From Eledone cirrhosa (Eukaryota): 64,000 bases of DNA. The notes beneath the pieces were generated by a model that ran no database searches, was not told where the DNA came from, and saw nothing but the letters and a program-made list of their open reading frames with translations. Below, piece by piece: positions 13,163-28,814 of this stretch. Location of the stretch: contig OZ024741.1 in NCBI GenBank assembly GCA_964016885.1, positions 219,666,001 to 219,730,000 of the forward strand, given 5' to 3'. Every line of letters begins with the position of its first letter. The stretch's first letter is position 1. The translations under genes were made by a program, and so were the position numbers.

Positions 13163-13399
13163 AAGGCTGATAACAAACTACAGCCTTGCAAAATTTCTCT
13201 TGTAGGCCCTGCATGTGTGTAAAAATTAGGAGACATGGAGCTCTATTGGAAGATATGGAGTTGGGAAGGCTAATAGTAACAGCCTGCTCCTGTTGTAGCT
13301 GCGTACTAAGTCCAACTTCTATTGCATAGAGTGGATCATGTCATGACGTGGATGCACCCAGGTTCCTGACAGTGGCACTTAATCGGTTATGTAATTGCT

Positions 13400-15900
13400 T
13401 GCAAACATGACATGTAGGATAGCTGTAATCTCAATTCTACTTGAGGTGTTAAGTGCTGGACTGATCACTGTTTAGTAAGAGCAAAAATGCATTGAGTAAG
13501 AAACTAGAAATCATAACGCCAGAAACTAGAAATCATAACACTGTTACACTTCCAAAACACCTTGATGTCAGCAAGCTGAGATCTGCGATCCGAGATCTCC
13601 ACAAATTCAAGTTATTCTGCATGAACGTATCACTGCTATCATTGACACTTCTTCTTGGGCTGTAGTCAGAGAGGAACTTTATAATGCAGCACATGAAACT
13701 CTTAGAACTACAACAGCAAAAAAATCGGGTTTGGTTTGATGAGAATGATCAGGAGATAAAAGCAATATTGTTGAAGAAGAATACCATCAAAAAGCTAATG
13801 TTAAAAAAAGACTTATTGAGAGCTAGAAGATGTCAACTAGAGGACTATTTTTAAAAGGCTAAGGCTGATGCTCAGAGCAAATTACGTGAAATGAATAAGT
13901 GGTCAAAGCTTGCATATGACCAAAGAATTCAAAGGAATTCTATAATTTGATGAAACTAGCCTTTGGACCAAGATCCATGAAGATAACACCACTCAGATCC
14001 AAGGTTGGCTCAAATCTTCTGACATACATGGATAGCATAGTTAAAATATCGAAGGAACATTTCAATGATTTTCAAATAGAGCTTCTCAGGTTGACCATAA
14101 CTTTAATAACTATATTCAACATAGACTCACAGTGCTTTATGAAATATGGCAAAAGGGTGAAATAGCAAAGCATTGGAAAGATACAACAATGATCTCTTTA
14201 TACAAGACCAAAGGTCAGCAGGTAGAATATGGAAATTAATCTGTTGACTGCTGCATATATTTTACACAACTACAGTTGCTGTGCCAGGTTTTTTTTATTC
14301 AGTAAAATAACTATTTTTTTTAACAAACATTTATTCACGACACATGATTGACAAATGTCACATCAATAAACTAGTAACCCCATCTAGCTTCGAAGTTATG
14401 AACTGTTGGAAACGAGTTCAAACATGTTAGGACTTGTCCGTGGCACTGGAATGCATTCATGTTAGGATGAATTATCTCATCCACGACACTGAAGAGGTTA
14501 AAGAGAAATAACTCTTCTATGTGCTTCAAGAAAAATTCTTGCATCATCATGCTTTCAAGACTAAATAGTAATATATCAAACCTGATCACACCAGAATCAC
14601 AATGGAGCTTTCAACCCAAAAGAAATATGATTGATATAATATTTACAGTATTTCAAATTCAAGAAAAGTGTTGCAGACAGCAACAGGACCTGTATCAGGT
14701 ATTTGTGGATTTAACAAAAGCCTTTAATACGGTGACCAGAGCTGCTTTGTGAGAGATCCTTGTCAGGTTAGGGTGTCATGAATACTTTGTTAATATAATC
14801 AAATCCTTTTATAACGACATGGAAGCCTGGGTAAATATTGGTGGTATCATTTCAAAGCCAATCAAAGTTTAAAATGGTGTTAAGCATGGTGATCTTATGT
14901 CTCCTACACATCTCTCTATTTATTTCCCTGTGGTTCTCATTGACGCCTTCAGGAACTGTAACGAAGGCATCTCCATCAGGTATTGCTCCTCATGAAAACT
15001 TTTCAATATCAGAAACTTTATTGCAAATACTAAACTCCTCCAAACTCTCATTTGCAATCTTCTTTACATTGTTGACTGTGATCTAGGTTCCCATTTACTC
15101 AGAGGTATGCAAAACTTCATGAATAGGCTATCTTGTTCATGTAAAGCCTTTGGATTTACTATTAGCCTCAATAAAACTGTAGTAATGTTTCAACAAGCTC
15201 CAGGATCTTCTTATATAGAAACATCGATTAATGTAGATGGACAAAAACTCAAAGTAGTCCATAAGATTACATATTTGGGAAATGGCCTCCTATATAAAAA
15301 AAAAGCAACCAATTCTTTTACTTGTCTTAGGATACATCTTTGGAGCTGGAGGGAATTAGAAAAGAGACAAAAATTGCTGTGTATAATGTATTTTTCTGGC
15401 TATTCTCTTATATGTGAAGGCATGTAGCTGAGTGGTTAGAGAATTGATTCACAATCGTGAGGTTGTAAGTTCGAATCGCGGACCAGGTGATGTGTTATAT
15501 CCTTGAGCAAGATACTTTATTTCATGTTTCTCCTTCTGCCTGGATTTGCAACTGGTAGATAGTATTAGCAATTGGAAAGACCAATGGAAACATGGTTCCC
15601 TAGGTCCGATTTCATGCGGTCTGGGATCTTGTCGATCGACTGTCTCTTATATTTCTGTGAGACCTGGGTTGTCTATTGCAGGCATAATAAATACTTTGAA
15701 TGGTTTCACCAGTATTGCCTGAATGACATTCTTAGGGTTCACTCGAGTACACAGGATTGTTTAAAAGATTCCTTAACACAGTGCAAATTTGAACCATCTC
15801 ACTTGAGAGGTCATGATATTAGATACATACAAGTGTTGTATTGCTATATCTGATGGTGTAAGACTTTTCAGAAATCTGTTTCAGAATGGGCCAGCATTAA
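13400..15900 (+). pseudogene. Old degenerate RTE/BovB-like LINE
   Basis: WFDENDQEIK, PESQWSF, QIQEKC, FVDLTKAFNTV, FGFTISLNKTVVMFQ with many stops and frameshifts. Confidence 0.8.
15419..15640 (+). mobile_element. tRNA-derived SINE inserted in the RTE
   Basis: tagctgagtggttag A box, gttcgaatcgc B box, ccttgagcaagatactttatttca; homologous to 63731-63950. Confidence 0.8.
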
Positions 15901-16507
15901 GCATGCAGCTAAGAAAGGTCAACATGTGGAGATCTCTGTATCTCAGTTTGTATGCAATGTATATGGTCAAACATGCCTGTAAAAAGATGGCTTTATAAGT
16001 TACATACATAAGCATGCAAGAATGCCAGAGGTTGAATATGACCAATTCTTTGCAGCCAATTCGGCATGTACATGTGGCAGAGAATTTTCAGATAAGTAAT
16101 ATGCCCTATTACTTTTTTTCTTTAATAAAAAACAATTCAGTGAATTATGGTGTTCGCTCTAATATAACTGTATACATATAAGTATGGGTATTTTGTATAT
16201 CTAGCAATATATGGTATGCTTATGAATAAACATTTTCAAAGCCTTCAACTATGAATTTGGAAACAGATGATACAGCACCATCTGGTGGATTCCAGCAGAA
16301 TCAGGGGGGGGGGGGGGAGCGACATCGTTTCTGACTTTAGTTGTTATCAAGACAGTGCTCTATTACCCTGCATTCTGCTGCAATTCAATACAGAGGAAAA
16401 CATATAGTTTTGATACCTATGTACATGGGCTGATTAGCCTCATTTGCATATAGAGCTATCAGCTAGCTCGGCTGCAAAATAGAATTAAGGTGTTCGCTCT
16501 AATATTG

Positions 16508-16588
<81 letters not shown>

Positions 16589-16767
16589 TAAACGGAATAG
16601 AAAATGCTGACAAATTGTTCACAGTGAAAAATAGTTTAATTAGGAATAAGTGATAATTAGTAATAGTATTGGTTAGTATTAAGTTTTGGTTTTAAGTTTT
16701 ACGGGTTGCGCATTTCTAATGCTTTTCAAAAATAATTTTGAGATAGAGCGCCCGTGATGTTTGCTCT

Positions 16768-16883
<116 letters not shown>

Positions 16884-17572
16884 TATGAGTATTTTGTATA
16901 TCTAGTAATATACATTAATAAATATTTTGAAAGCTTTCAGCTGTGAATTTAGGAACTGACGACATAGCGCTACCTAGCAGATTCCAGGAATTTCCTAGCT
17001 TTCTCATAAATTTCAAAGAGATGATGAGAGCTGCTGTCAAATCCCTGAAACTCACAGAGGTGAGGACAAAGGAAAATCAATGTGTTGAGGTATGCTGTTC
17101 TAGAAAAGAACATTCCAACCAACACCTACCAGCATGAAAAAAAGTAGGTGGAAAATAGTGATGATGATGATGACGGTGGTGATATTACAAAACGCTAGAG
17201 GTTATCTATACAACTTTATAGAGGTGCATACAAACTTATATATGTTAATGCATGTGAGAAAAAACAAGGATTACACACCTCAAATAACAGGTTCTATGTA
17301 TGTATGTATATATATATATGGTTGAGAAAACATGAATGGAATAACAACAACAAACATACCTAAACACACAATAATGACCAATACTGGCAATATCATAACA
17401 ATATCCCCAAATATAACAATATATATATATGTATGGAATGTAGAAAAGTGACATATATATAAACAAATAGTAAAAAGGAAAAAAAAGCGGAAATAAGACT
17501 TTACAAAGAAATATTTTGATATTATACTGCCCTCCAGCATTTTCTACTGTATTTCTTTCCTTTTTACTATTT

Positions 17573-17604
<32 letters not shown>

Positions 17605-17609
<5 letters not shown>

Positions 17610-18230
17610 TTAGTTAAGCAAAACAAGACCACAAACTTCACAAGGAAGGCATTATTAAAAGATTGTCAACATATTTTAGTTTGATGTAAGGAATGTAGAG
17701 AATAATAATAATAATATTAATAATAATTGTTTCTACTTTAGGCACAAGGCCAGCAATTACCAAGTGTATTACTGGTACTTTATTTTATCGACCCCGTAAG
17801 GATGAAAGGCAAAGTTAACCTCGGCGGGATTTGAACTCAGAATGGCAAGGGCCGTAACTCTATGCGCCAAAGCATCGCATCCGATACTCTACAAATACTG
17901 CCAATCCACCGCCTATAATATTAATAATATTAATAATAATAATGTCCGTTTACAATTGTTTCGCTACTCCATATAATATTTCTGGATCAGATGACTATAT
18001 ATCATAATTGATCTGGTTCAGTTGAAAATAATTAACATATTTAAAAAACAGAGTGGCTCATTGGAACTTCAAAGGAATATAAATTAAAATAATGGGATAA
18101 TGTTACATAATATAATGTTCCATATATTGGTTTATACTATGGTGTCTTGGTTGCATCAGCTGTCAGCCATAATCAAGCAGTATTCATCTGTCGAGGCTGC
18201 ATTGACACAATGTATACAGTGTGTATTGGG
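17605..18230 (-). mobile_element. Degenerate pLTR related to the Hydra-type PLE at 50192, interrupted by a SINE
   Basis: attcattagttaagca, gtttacaattgtttcgctactccata and atctgtcgaggctg match 50192-50570; decayed HHR at about 17947-18068. Confidence 0.65.
17727..17913 (-). mobile_element. tRNA-derived SINE with Nin/Deu-like central domain
   Basis: Minus strand: gagttcaaatcccgccgaggttaactttgcctttcatccttacggggtcgataaaataaagtaccag; many copies in the window. Confidence 0.8.
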
Positions 18231-19062
18231 AAGATTTCATCATGACTCTGGTATTACCACCATGCAGGAATGACTGGATGATTTTTATCACGGCACCAGC
18301 ACTACTACATTATAGGATGGACTGTCACTTTACAGTGAGGTACTACGTTATTGGATAGGCTTGGTGCATTTTATAATGACACCAGCACCACCCCACTACA
18401 AAACTAGGATGCTGGGTGTCCTTGATCTGGTTTGAGAGCATGATTAGGAGTGGGGCTGAAGGGGTAGATACATTGAGAGGGGAAGAAGTGTCAGGTCATG
18501 GGGGATGGGGTGCCTTGAAGCAAGTGGATGATGTCTGGCATATTGTAGGGAGCGTCTGGCTTCCCTCCATGTTTATGCTACTGGGAAGGGGGAGGGGCAA
18601 TGGATCATAGAGTTTACCATAGAGCAAGTGGGGGTCTGATGTTATGTTCCAAGGGGTCCAGGTCTGTGTTTTCTTTATCATTTATTTTATTTTGTTTTGA
18701 CCTGTTTAGATTGATTTGCTTTTTGGCTTAGGTGGTTGACGCTTTCTTGACTACTATTTCAGTTTTGTATGGCCTCTTAACATATTGTTTAGCTCTAGTT
18801 TTTTAACTATCGAGCGCTTGCCTGTTTCATATCTGATTTTTGCGTTTCATTTCACATTTTCTACCCGCTGAAATGCGATTCTCTCTGAATATATATTTGT
18901 ATATATATATATATGCTTGTTCAATTATGCCCAAAATCGAGGATTTTATTTAAACCTTCTCGCTAACTACCCCATACCCCTCCCATCCGCACCCAATCAC
19001 CATCATTATTACGTGGACCAATCATAAGTCACCGGCCTATGCTATCACTTCTTAAGTTTAGA

Positions 19063-22000
19063 CCTGGTTGCCTTTCGATATGATGGATGGACTACGGAAT
19101 TCTGGAAAGTTTGAAAATAAAAAAAAAATCTGGACACTCAGTGACAATGCCAAAGTTAAAGACAAATTCACCTCATGCTGCCGGTCGAGAATGCAAGGAC
19201 TCCTCCTCTTTATTTCGGCCGCGGATGACTAACATAACCCCATCCCCCCTGCGCCCCACCGTTCCCACCCTCCAAACGCAATCCAAAACTTCAGAGGTGG
19301 TACCATGAATGTAGACACCTTAAAAGGTCGCTCTAACGAGGTTGTAGAAATGCTTGAACGTAAGGAGGTCGATGTTTGCTATATTCAAGAGACCAGGTGG
19401 AGGGGTGGGTCTGCTAAATTCATTGTGGGTAAACAACGATGCTATAAGCTTTTCTGGGTGGGAAATGACAATGGGCTGGGTGGAGTAGGAATCATGGTAG
19501 CAGAAAAGTGGGCAGATAAGATAATAGACGTAAATAGAGGGAACGACAGAATAATTAAAATAAGACTTGTCCTCAATAGAACTACTGTGACAATAATATC
19601 TGCTTATGCACCACAATCCGTACTGCCTGGCGTTATAAAAGAGATATTCTACCTCCCAAATAACCGACAGTGACTACATAATTATCGCTGGCGACCTAAA
19701 TGGTCACGTTGGACAACATTGTGACGGCTATGACGGAATCCATGGAGGCTATGGGTTTGGTACTAGAAATGAGGAAGGCTCCAGAATCCTGGAATTCTGT
19801 GACGCAAATAACCTAACTATCTGTAACACTAACTTCAAAAAACGAGACAATCACTTGATCACCTATAGATCAGGGGAAAACACCAGCCAGATAGATTATA
19901 TCCTTACCAGAAGACGTGACAGAGTGTCTGTTGTAAACACTAAATTCCTCCCCCATGAAGAATGCACCTCTCAACATAAACTCATAATTAGCGACCTCAT
20001 AGTCAGGACGAGACGTACTCGACAACAGAGAAGGACTATCCTCAGGAGAAAAATATGGAAGCTAAAGGACCCGACAGCCAGTAATAAATTTAAAAGCATA
20101 TTACTTGATGCTTTTGATAGTAAGGAAGAGCAATTAGAGTCGTACAATATAGAGGAACAGTGGGAATTCCTGAAATCTAACCTGCTGATGGCGACAGATG
20201 AAATCTGTGGTGGAGCAGACCTATAGGCAGGAGGAGAGTAACTTGGTGGTGGAACAGTAAGGTGGAGGAGTCAATCAAGGCCAAAAAGCAGGCTTGGAAA
20301 GCATGGCGGGATGGGGGAAGTAGAGAAGACTATCAAGTGGCCAGGAGGGAAGCTAGGAGAGAAGTGTACTTCGCAAGAAGGGAAGCAGAGGAAAGAAAGT
20401 TCAAGCATGTTCTACAACGCGAGGACCCAAACCGTGAGGTGTTCAGGATTGCTAGACAATGTGTTAAGGAAAACCGTGATATTGTCGGGGAGAAGTGGGT
20501 CCTTAATGATGATGGTGTACTTGCCATCATTGACACTGATAAGAAGGTAGCTTGGAAGTGTCACTACAAAAGGCTACTAAATGAGGAGAATAAATGGGAG
20601 AAAGACAGTCTCCCCCACATTGATCCAATAGAGGGACCAGCAGTGCAAGTTGAAGGTAGTATAATAAGTAAGGCGATCAAAGATATGAAGACAGGCAAGG
20701 CGGCTGGGCCTTCGGAAATAGTTGCTGAAATGCTGAAAGCATCTGGAACAGTGGGACACACTATGGTTACCCGGATAGTAAAGCAAGTGATACAGAATGG
20801 GGTCGTTCCGAAGGACTGGCGTAGCAGCATCATCATTAACTGCTACAAGGGTAAAGGAGATGCCCTAGATAGGGGAAACTATAGAGGCATTAAATTAATT
20901 GACCAAGTCATGAAGGTCACAGAAAAAGTAATAGCGCAACTAATCAGAGAGCGAATTGATCTAGATGAAATGCAGTTCGGGTTTGTGTCAGGTAAAAGTA
21001 CCACAGACGCTCTTTTCATTGTACGACAACTACAGGAGAAGTACCTAGCTAAAAGTAAACCCCGATACTTAGCTTTTGTTGACTTGGAGAAAGCCTTTAA
21101 CAGAGTCCCCTGCTCCATTATCTGGTGGGCTCTTAGAAAACTAGGTGTTGATGAATGGCTTGTGAGAGCTATACAAGCCATGTATAAAGAAACAGTCAGC
21201 AAGGTTAGAATTAACAACGAATATAGTGAAGAGTTTAGCGTAAAAGTTGGTGTTCATCAGGGCTCCGTCCTTAGCCCCCTACTATTTATTATTGCCCTTC
21301 AAGCTATAACAGAGGAGTTCAAGAGCGGCTGCCCATGGGAACTCCTATACGCAGATGATCTAACGCTCATAGCTGAATCAATGGCTGAACTAGAGAAGAA
21401 ATTCCAAACATGGAAGCATGGCCTAGAATCAAAAGGCCTTAAAATTAACCTGTCTAAGACTAAAGTTCTAGTTTGTAGGAAGGAAAATAGGGCACTGGTC
21501 CCATCTGGGAAGTGGCCATGCTCAGTGTGTAGGAAAGGAGTAGGCAGAAACTCCATTTTATGTCCCAAATGCAAAGTATGGGTGCATAAAAGATGTAGTG
21601 GGATCACAGGTAAGCTAACTAAGAATGTAGATTTTATATGTGGCCGGTGCTCAGGTGCAATAAGTAGCAGCAAGTGCCCACAAAATACTAGCTCATTCCA
21701 TTGCACAGATGGTTCTATAGAAATAGTGGGCACCTTCCGTTACCTGGATGACAAAATCAGCAGTGGTGGAGGGTGCTCTGAAAGTACAGTAGCTAGAGTC
21801 AGAGCGGGATGGAAAAAGTTCAGAGAGCTTATACCACTATTGGCCGCTAAAGGGTTCTCTCTAAAAATGAAAGGCAGGCTGTATGCGAACAGCAATGTTA
21901 CATGGCAGTGAGACTTGGGCATTGTGTGCAGAGGATATACGCAGACTGGAGAGGAACGAAGCTTACGTGAACGGAAAAGCATAAATGAACTAAGTGAGAA

Positions 22001-22635
22001 ATTAGAAATAAGAGGGATCAGATGTTGTTTACTCGAGAGAAGACTACGTTGGTATGGTCACGTGATGCGCATGAAAGACGACAGCTGTATAAAAATGTGC
22101 AGGGCGATAAAAATAGACGGTAGCCATGGAGTAGGCAGACCCAGAAAAACCTGGGATGACTTGATAAATTCCGACCTCACACACTTACACCTCTCCAAGA
22201 CAATGTCACTGGACCGAGATCTTTGGCACTACACAGTAATACAGAAGACCCGCCTTGCCCGAGTACAAAGCGAAACCTACAGTCAGTAGGCACCTCTTAA
22301 CAAAAATACACCCCGTCCCACTACCTCCACCCCATCCACACCACGACGTAAAATTATGTTGGTACCACAACATCCAGTCTGAAATAAATGAGGTCGTGTA
22401 GGTGTCACGACTAAAAAACACACAGTCCACGCTGTAATGTGGCCGTGTAGGTAACACGGTAAAAACCTCCCAGTCCACACTGTAAACGTGGTTGGTGTTA
22501 GGAAGGGCATCCAGCCATAGAAAACCCGCCAGACAGTCCCGAGCAAGACAAGCAATCTTGCCTCAACTGGGACAATTCCCGTCCAGACCCATGCTACCGT
22601 GGAAGATGGACGTTAAACGATGATGCTGATGATGA
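19063..22635 (+). mobile_element. Near full-length RTE-clade LINE, frameshifted, (GAT)n tail
   Basis: APE (QETRW, SAYAPQ, SQIDYIL, QHKL) 19305-20226; RT (FVDLEKAF, GVHQGSVLSPLLF, YADD) 20262-21911; RLRWYGHVMR and GRPRKTW 21915-22289. Confidence 0.95.
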
Positions 22636-22653
22636 TATATATTAATATATATA

Positions 22654-22689
<36 letters not shown>

Positions 22690-22711
22690 TGTATGTATGT
22701 ATATATGCATA

Positions 22712-22786
<75 letters not shown>

Positions 22787-22916
22787 GGAAAGTTATATTT
22801 AAAATTGTTGGGTTACAACTAGTAAATATTTATAACTGATATAAAAGCACTCGACAAATATTTGGAGTATATTTACAATATTAAATAAATGGAAACTATA
22901 TTTATAAAACCATATT

Positions 22917-22982
22917 TATTTCATTATATATATTTCGGGGATATCATATTAACAATATGCTATGCCTTCCTCAGACAAAATA
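22917..22982 (-). ncRNA. Hammerhead ribozyme, family C
   Basis: Reverse complement of 23643-23708. Confidence 0.7.
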
Positions 22983-23642
22983 CAATATAAACAGTTTTAT
23001 AGATGTGGATTCACATGGATGTTTGTAGCTATCACTTAAACATATGAATTTTTTTTAAAAACTAAACATAAGATAATTAATTTTCACACACTATGGATAC
23101 TTGTCTCATTCAGGAATACTGATATTTACAATATAGTGGAAGTTTTATAAATACTAATACATTAAAACATAGGGTTTTTACGCCTCGAATATATCTGGCT
23201 ATTTTTAAATTTTTTCTCTCGCTATTTTTTTCTCTCTCTATATTTTTTTCTCTCTCTATATATCTCCCTTACATTAATACTAGAGCTAAATAAATAAATA
23301 AATAAATAAATGTATCATTGATACATTTACTCAACTGACCTCCCACTACCTAATTTTCTATATATATATGTATCTATCTCTATTTCATCTCTCTCTATAT
23401 ATATATATCTCTTTCTGTTTCTTTACATGAAGTTCTTCTCTTTATCTATCTTTCCATCTCTCTATTTTGTTCCATGCATTTCTTCTTTTTCTTCCTTTTC
23501 TTCGTTTTCTGTCTTTCTTTCTTTTTTCTCTCTTTCTTTCTCTGTGTGTAAAATTTTTTCACTGCCAGTTCAACCTCTTCAAATGCAAGTCGGTGTTGTT
23601 ACGGTATGTCGAATCTATTTATCTATAAAACTGTTTATATTG

Positions 23643-23708
23643 TATTTTGTCTGAGGAAGGCATAGCATATTGTTAATATGATATCCCCGAAATATATATA
23701 ATGAAATA
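23643..23708 (+). ncRNA. Hammerhead ribozyme, family C
   Basis: tattttgt-CTGAGGA-agg..catatt/aatatg..cc-GAAA-tatatata-atgaaata. Confidence 0.7.
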
Positions 23709-23745
23709 AATATGGTTTTATAAATATAGTTTCCATTTATTTAAT

Positions 23746-23777
<32 letters not shown>

Positions 23778-23780
<3 letters not shown>

Positions 23781-24062
23781 CGATAGCTAATAAGCTTGAA
23801 ACTAGTACAACGTTCCTTTGTCAGTGTTGAACAAATGAGCAACGATGGTTGCTAGACACTGCGGCTTAATACGGGATGTTTGTTTACAAACACACCGAGC
23901 ATTATAATAAATGTTCGGTAAATCCATACGTACATATATATATGTGTGCATGTATGTATATATATATATACATAGTACTGTACGTCTGTATACATATATG
24001 TATGTACGTGTACATACTTATATTTAAGAAACAGCCGTACTAAGAGTGGGAAATGAAATTGA
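23778..24062. repeat. Unclassified dispersed repeat; second copy at about 53398-53725
   Basis: gatagctaataagcttgaaactagtacaacgttcc...actaagagtgggaaatgaaatt is shared. Confidence 0.7.
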
Positions 24063-24721
24063 TAAACCCTTCATCTGTCAGATAAAAACTGACTATTACG
24101 GCCACCTGACCTACATTGTTTAAAGACACCGGCTTATCTTTACACTAGATATAATACACTCTACGACAGCTTTTAAATGTCAATTTTATACATCTGCCTC
24201 ATGTCAGCTAGTTATACACGCTAAAATCGTAAATATACTATACTTCCCACCTAGATTGATGTTGTGATTATTTCAAATAATTTATTGATAGCATTGTTGA
24301 TATTGTTATTATTGTTCTGACTGAATGTCATTACTACTACATATAGTAGCCATGCCTGTATATTCTTTTCATTCTCACAAGCTCCGATGAATTGACTGGT
24401 TATAACTTTGTATTGACGATCGAGTAACGTGAAAATAAGCGGATAGCGATCTCTAGACCTACCAGTTCAGACAAACAATTGTCAGCAATGAGATTAAAAA
24501 CATTTTTTTGTATAGCAAACCGTGTCACTCTTCTTTCCTGATTTATTATTCCTCCAAGTGTTTACAACATAGGAATTACAGCGTACTCGCAGCATCACTA
24601 TGGAAACGCCTTGTTGAGTCAAACTTAGCCAAGCGTTGATATCATCCACTATCCGGAGTACCATAACTGGCTACACCTAAGTGGACTACCTATAGCAATA
24701 ATTTGTTACCCCATATATATA

Positions 24722-25446
<725 letters not shown>

Positions 25447-25477
25447 TATATATATATATTAATATATATATATATAT

Positions 25478-25818
25478 AAGACCCGACTTCCATGGGTACA
25501 AGCCGAAGCTGAAGCATATAGACAATATGCCTCCACCCCCTCCCACTGCAAAGTGGTCGTGGAGGTGCCACGGCAAAAAAGCATCCAGCCCACTCTGTAA
25601 AGTGGACATGTAGGCGCCATAGAAAAAAAGGACCCAGCACTCACTGTGAATGAGGTTGGTGTTAGGAAGGGCATCCAGCTGTAGAAATCAAGCCAGAATC
25701 AGTTCCCGTATTAGGAAAACAAGGTGAGCCGACTGGACACTTCCCACAACAGGACAACTCGTCTAACCCATGCTAGCGTGGAAGAACGGACATAAAGCGG
25801 TGATGATGACGATGATGA
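25478..25818 (+). mobile_element. RTE 3' UTR fragment
   Basis: gttggtgttaggaagggcatccagc...(GAT)n; further copies at 29035-29360 (-), 29580-29885, 32598-32927, 34117-34336. Confidence 0.8.
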
Positions 25819-25830
25819 TATATATATATA

Positions 25831-26453
25831 GAAGTGGTTGATAGCTTCCGGTACCTAGGTGATCAGATTAGCATGGGAGGGGGTGTTCCAAGGCCATAGT
25901 ATCTAGAATAAGGGCGGGTTGGAAGAAGTTTAGGGATCTGCTTCCTCTGTTGACTAAGAAGGGTTTCTCCCTGCGTACGAAAGGACAGTTATATGATGCC
26001 TGTGTGAGATGCGCGATGCTGCATGGTAGTGAGACATGGGCAGCAACTGCAGAAGATATGCGACGGCTGGGGAGAAATGAAGCAAGTATGCTTTGTTGGA
26101 TGTGTAATGCCAATGTGTGTGAATGACCAAGCATAGACGAGTTGAGAAAGAAACTGGGTATAAGAGGGATAAGCTGTGATGTGCAGGAGAGGAGACTGTG
26201 ATGTTATGGACATGTGATGTGCATGGAGGTTGTTCGATGGGTGAAGAAGTGCCAAGAAATCCCAGTAGAAGGAAGAGGCAGTAGAGGTAGACCACGAAAA
26301 CATGGGCGGAGATGGTGAGGCCAGAACCCAGATAGCTGAAACTCACGGTGGAGATGACGAAGGACCGTGACAAGTGGAGAGATGCTGTGCCGAATAGGAC
26401 CCGTCCAACCTTTGCAAGCAGGGAAAAGCGGACGTAAAATGATGATGATGATG
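25831..26453 (+). mobile_element. RTE LINE 3' coding fragment
   Basis: VVDSFRYLGDQI, RAGWKKFRDLLPLL, MLHGSETW, (GAT)n tail. Confidence 0.85.
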
Positions 26454-26599
26454 ATATATATATATATTAAGATAGAAATGGCTTCCACAGGAATAGAACT
26501 GTTTCATTCAGAGGAAATCATCAGGAAAGCCTAAAAATGTATACTCTGTTATGTATTGAGTACTTTACTTACTATGATTACCCTCGTTTGAACCCAGGA

Positions 26600-26638
26600 T
26601 ACACACACACATACACACACACACATCACACACACACA

Positions 26639-26680
<42 letters not shown>

Positions 26681-28152
26681 ACACACACATTCACACACAT
26701 GCACACATGCTTACACCCACATACATATGGAACATCTTGACACATATATACGTACATGCACACACATACACACATACATACACACGCACCCTTACGCAGA
26801 TGCATTTTCACTCACACATATACACTCACACACACATGAGCACACATACACACACGCAAGCATTCTCACACACACACGAACACACATACACACACACACA
26901 TGCATACTCACACACACACGAACACATATACACACAGGAATACACATACACACACACTCACACACACTCAAACACACTCACATACATACGCACCAACACC
27001 CACTCAAACACACACACACACATCAACACACTCACACACAAACACACTCACACACACACATCAACACACTCACACACACAAACACACACACATCAAGACA
27101 CTCAGACACACGCCAACACACACACACACACATATCAATACACTCACTCACACACCAACACACTCACACATACACCAACACACACTCACACACACACCAA
27201 CACACTCACACACACACCAACACACTTACACATACACCAACACACACACAAACCCACTCACACAATACACTCACACAAACAACTCACACACACACCACAC
27301 ACACACACAAACACACACATCAACACACACATCAACACACTCACACATACCAACACACTCAGACATACCAACACACTCACACACACGCACCAACACATAC
27401 TCACATACACACAAACACACACCAACACATACTCAAACACACTCATACACACACAAACACACTCTCACATACACATCAACACAATCACACACACACTCAC
27501 ACACACACAAACACAAACACACTCACACACACACACACAAACACACTCATACACACACATCAACACACTCATACACACACCAACACACACACACACATCA
27601 GCGCACTCACACACACCAACACACTCACACATATACCAACACACACATCAACACACAAACATGCTCACCAACACACACACACACACCAACACACACAAAC
27701 ATACTCACACACACACCAACACACTCACACATACACCAACACACACCAACACACACACTAACACACACACACCAACACACACACACCAACAAACACACAC
27801 ACAAACATCAACATATTCACACACACACACACACACACTCTAACACACACACACTCGCACCAACACGCACCAATACACACACCAACACACTCACACACAC
27901 CAACACACACAAACACACTCACACACACATCAACACACACAGATCAACACACACTAACACACACACACCAACACACACACCAACAAACACACACACAAAC
28001 ATCAACATATTCACACACACACACACACTCTAACACACACACACTCGCACCAACACGCACCAATACACACACCAACACACTCACACACACCAACACACAC
28101 AAACACACTCACACACACATCAACACACACAGATCAACACACACAAACACAC
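26600..28152. repeat. Degenerate (CA)n-rich tract
   Basis: About 1.5 kb of CA/CACCAA variants with an internal duplication of roughly 190 bp near 27810/28000. Confidence 0.95.
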
Positions 28153-28429
28153 AGGCCGATATGACTAAACTGTCTGTAACTGGCATTGATTACTTAAATC
28201 AATTAAGTTTTTATAGGCCATCATGGTGCACAGAAAAAAATAACACAGAATGAATGAACCATGAAGCTGCTGTCATATCAGCCATCATTGATACGAACAG
28301 TGTCCTTGGGCTCCAGACTGGCCAGAGTTTTATTTTCTTTTTTTTTTTGCTTATGGATAAATCAATCTGGACTTTGAAGTTACATCACACCTGAGAAAGG
28401 AAGGTGACCCAACTGACCACAGTTAAAGT

Positions 28430-28765
28430 AACTGATGACGTGGTTGTGGGTATTACCAGGGATTGTCCCACAGTAATATCTTCACCACCCCGTTATCTGG
28501 TGGTCCTTAAATAACTGATGATGTGGTTGAGGGTATTACTAGGGGTTGTCCTACAGTAATATCTTCACCACCCTGTTATCTGGTGATCCTTAAAATTAGT
28601 ACTGATATGGCTGTGGGTATTACTGGGAGTTGTTCCACAGTAATGTCATAACCACCCTGTTATCTTGTAGTCCATAAAGAAAATAACTGATGATGTAACT
28701 GTTGGTATTACTGGGGCCTCTTGTCCCACAGTAATGCCCTTACCATCCTGTTATCTGGTGGTCCA
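28430..28765. repeat. Diverged tandem repeat, about 82-89 bp x4
   Basis: actgatga..gtggttgtgggtattac..cacagtaatatcttcaccaccc.gttatctggtggtcc recurs four times. Confidence 0.8.
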
Positions 28766-28814
28766 TATAAGAATTTTGGTGACCCAGGTAAAAAAGTAGT
28801 AAATTCGGGGTAGT

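Larger units (their letters stand above)
22784..23751. mobile_element. Inverted-repeat HHR element, family C, in (TA)n
   Basis: Inverted repeat 22874-23004/23621-23751 around a 0.6-kb non-coding spacer; left arm has a one-sided extension to (TA)n. Confidence 0.8.

Noticed and set aside
11299-13236. Ser/Pro/Cys repeat ORFs as a mucin exon of the VWD gene
   Set aside because: The frame breaks where the 37/41 alternation fails (about 12400) and no splice sites were found; RNA-seq would settle it.
15419-15490. tRNA gene (also 63731-63800)
   Set aside because: A/B boxes run into SINE body; no complete cloverleaf.
26490-26530. Minus-strand CUGAUGA..GAAA motif
   Set aside because: No stem I complementarity.
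26707-28033. Long His/Thr ORFs
   Set aside because: (CA)n-rich tract open in all three frames.
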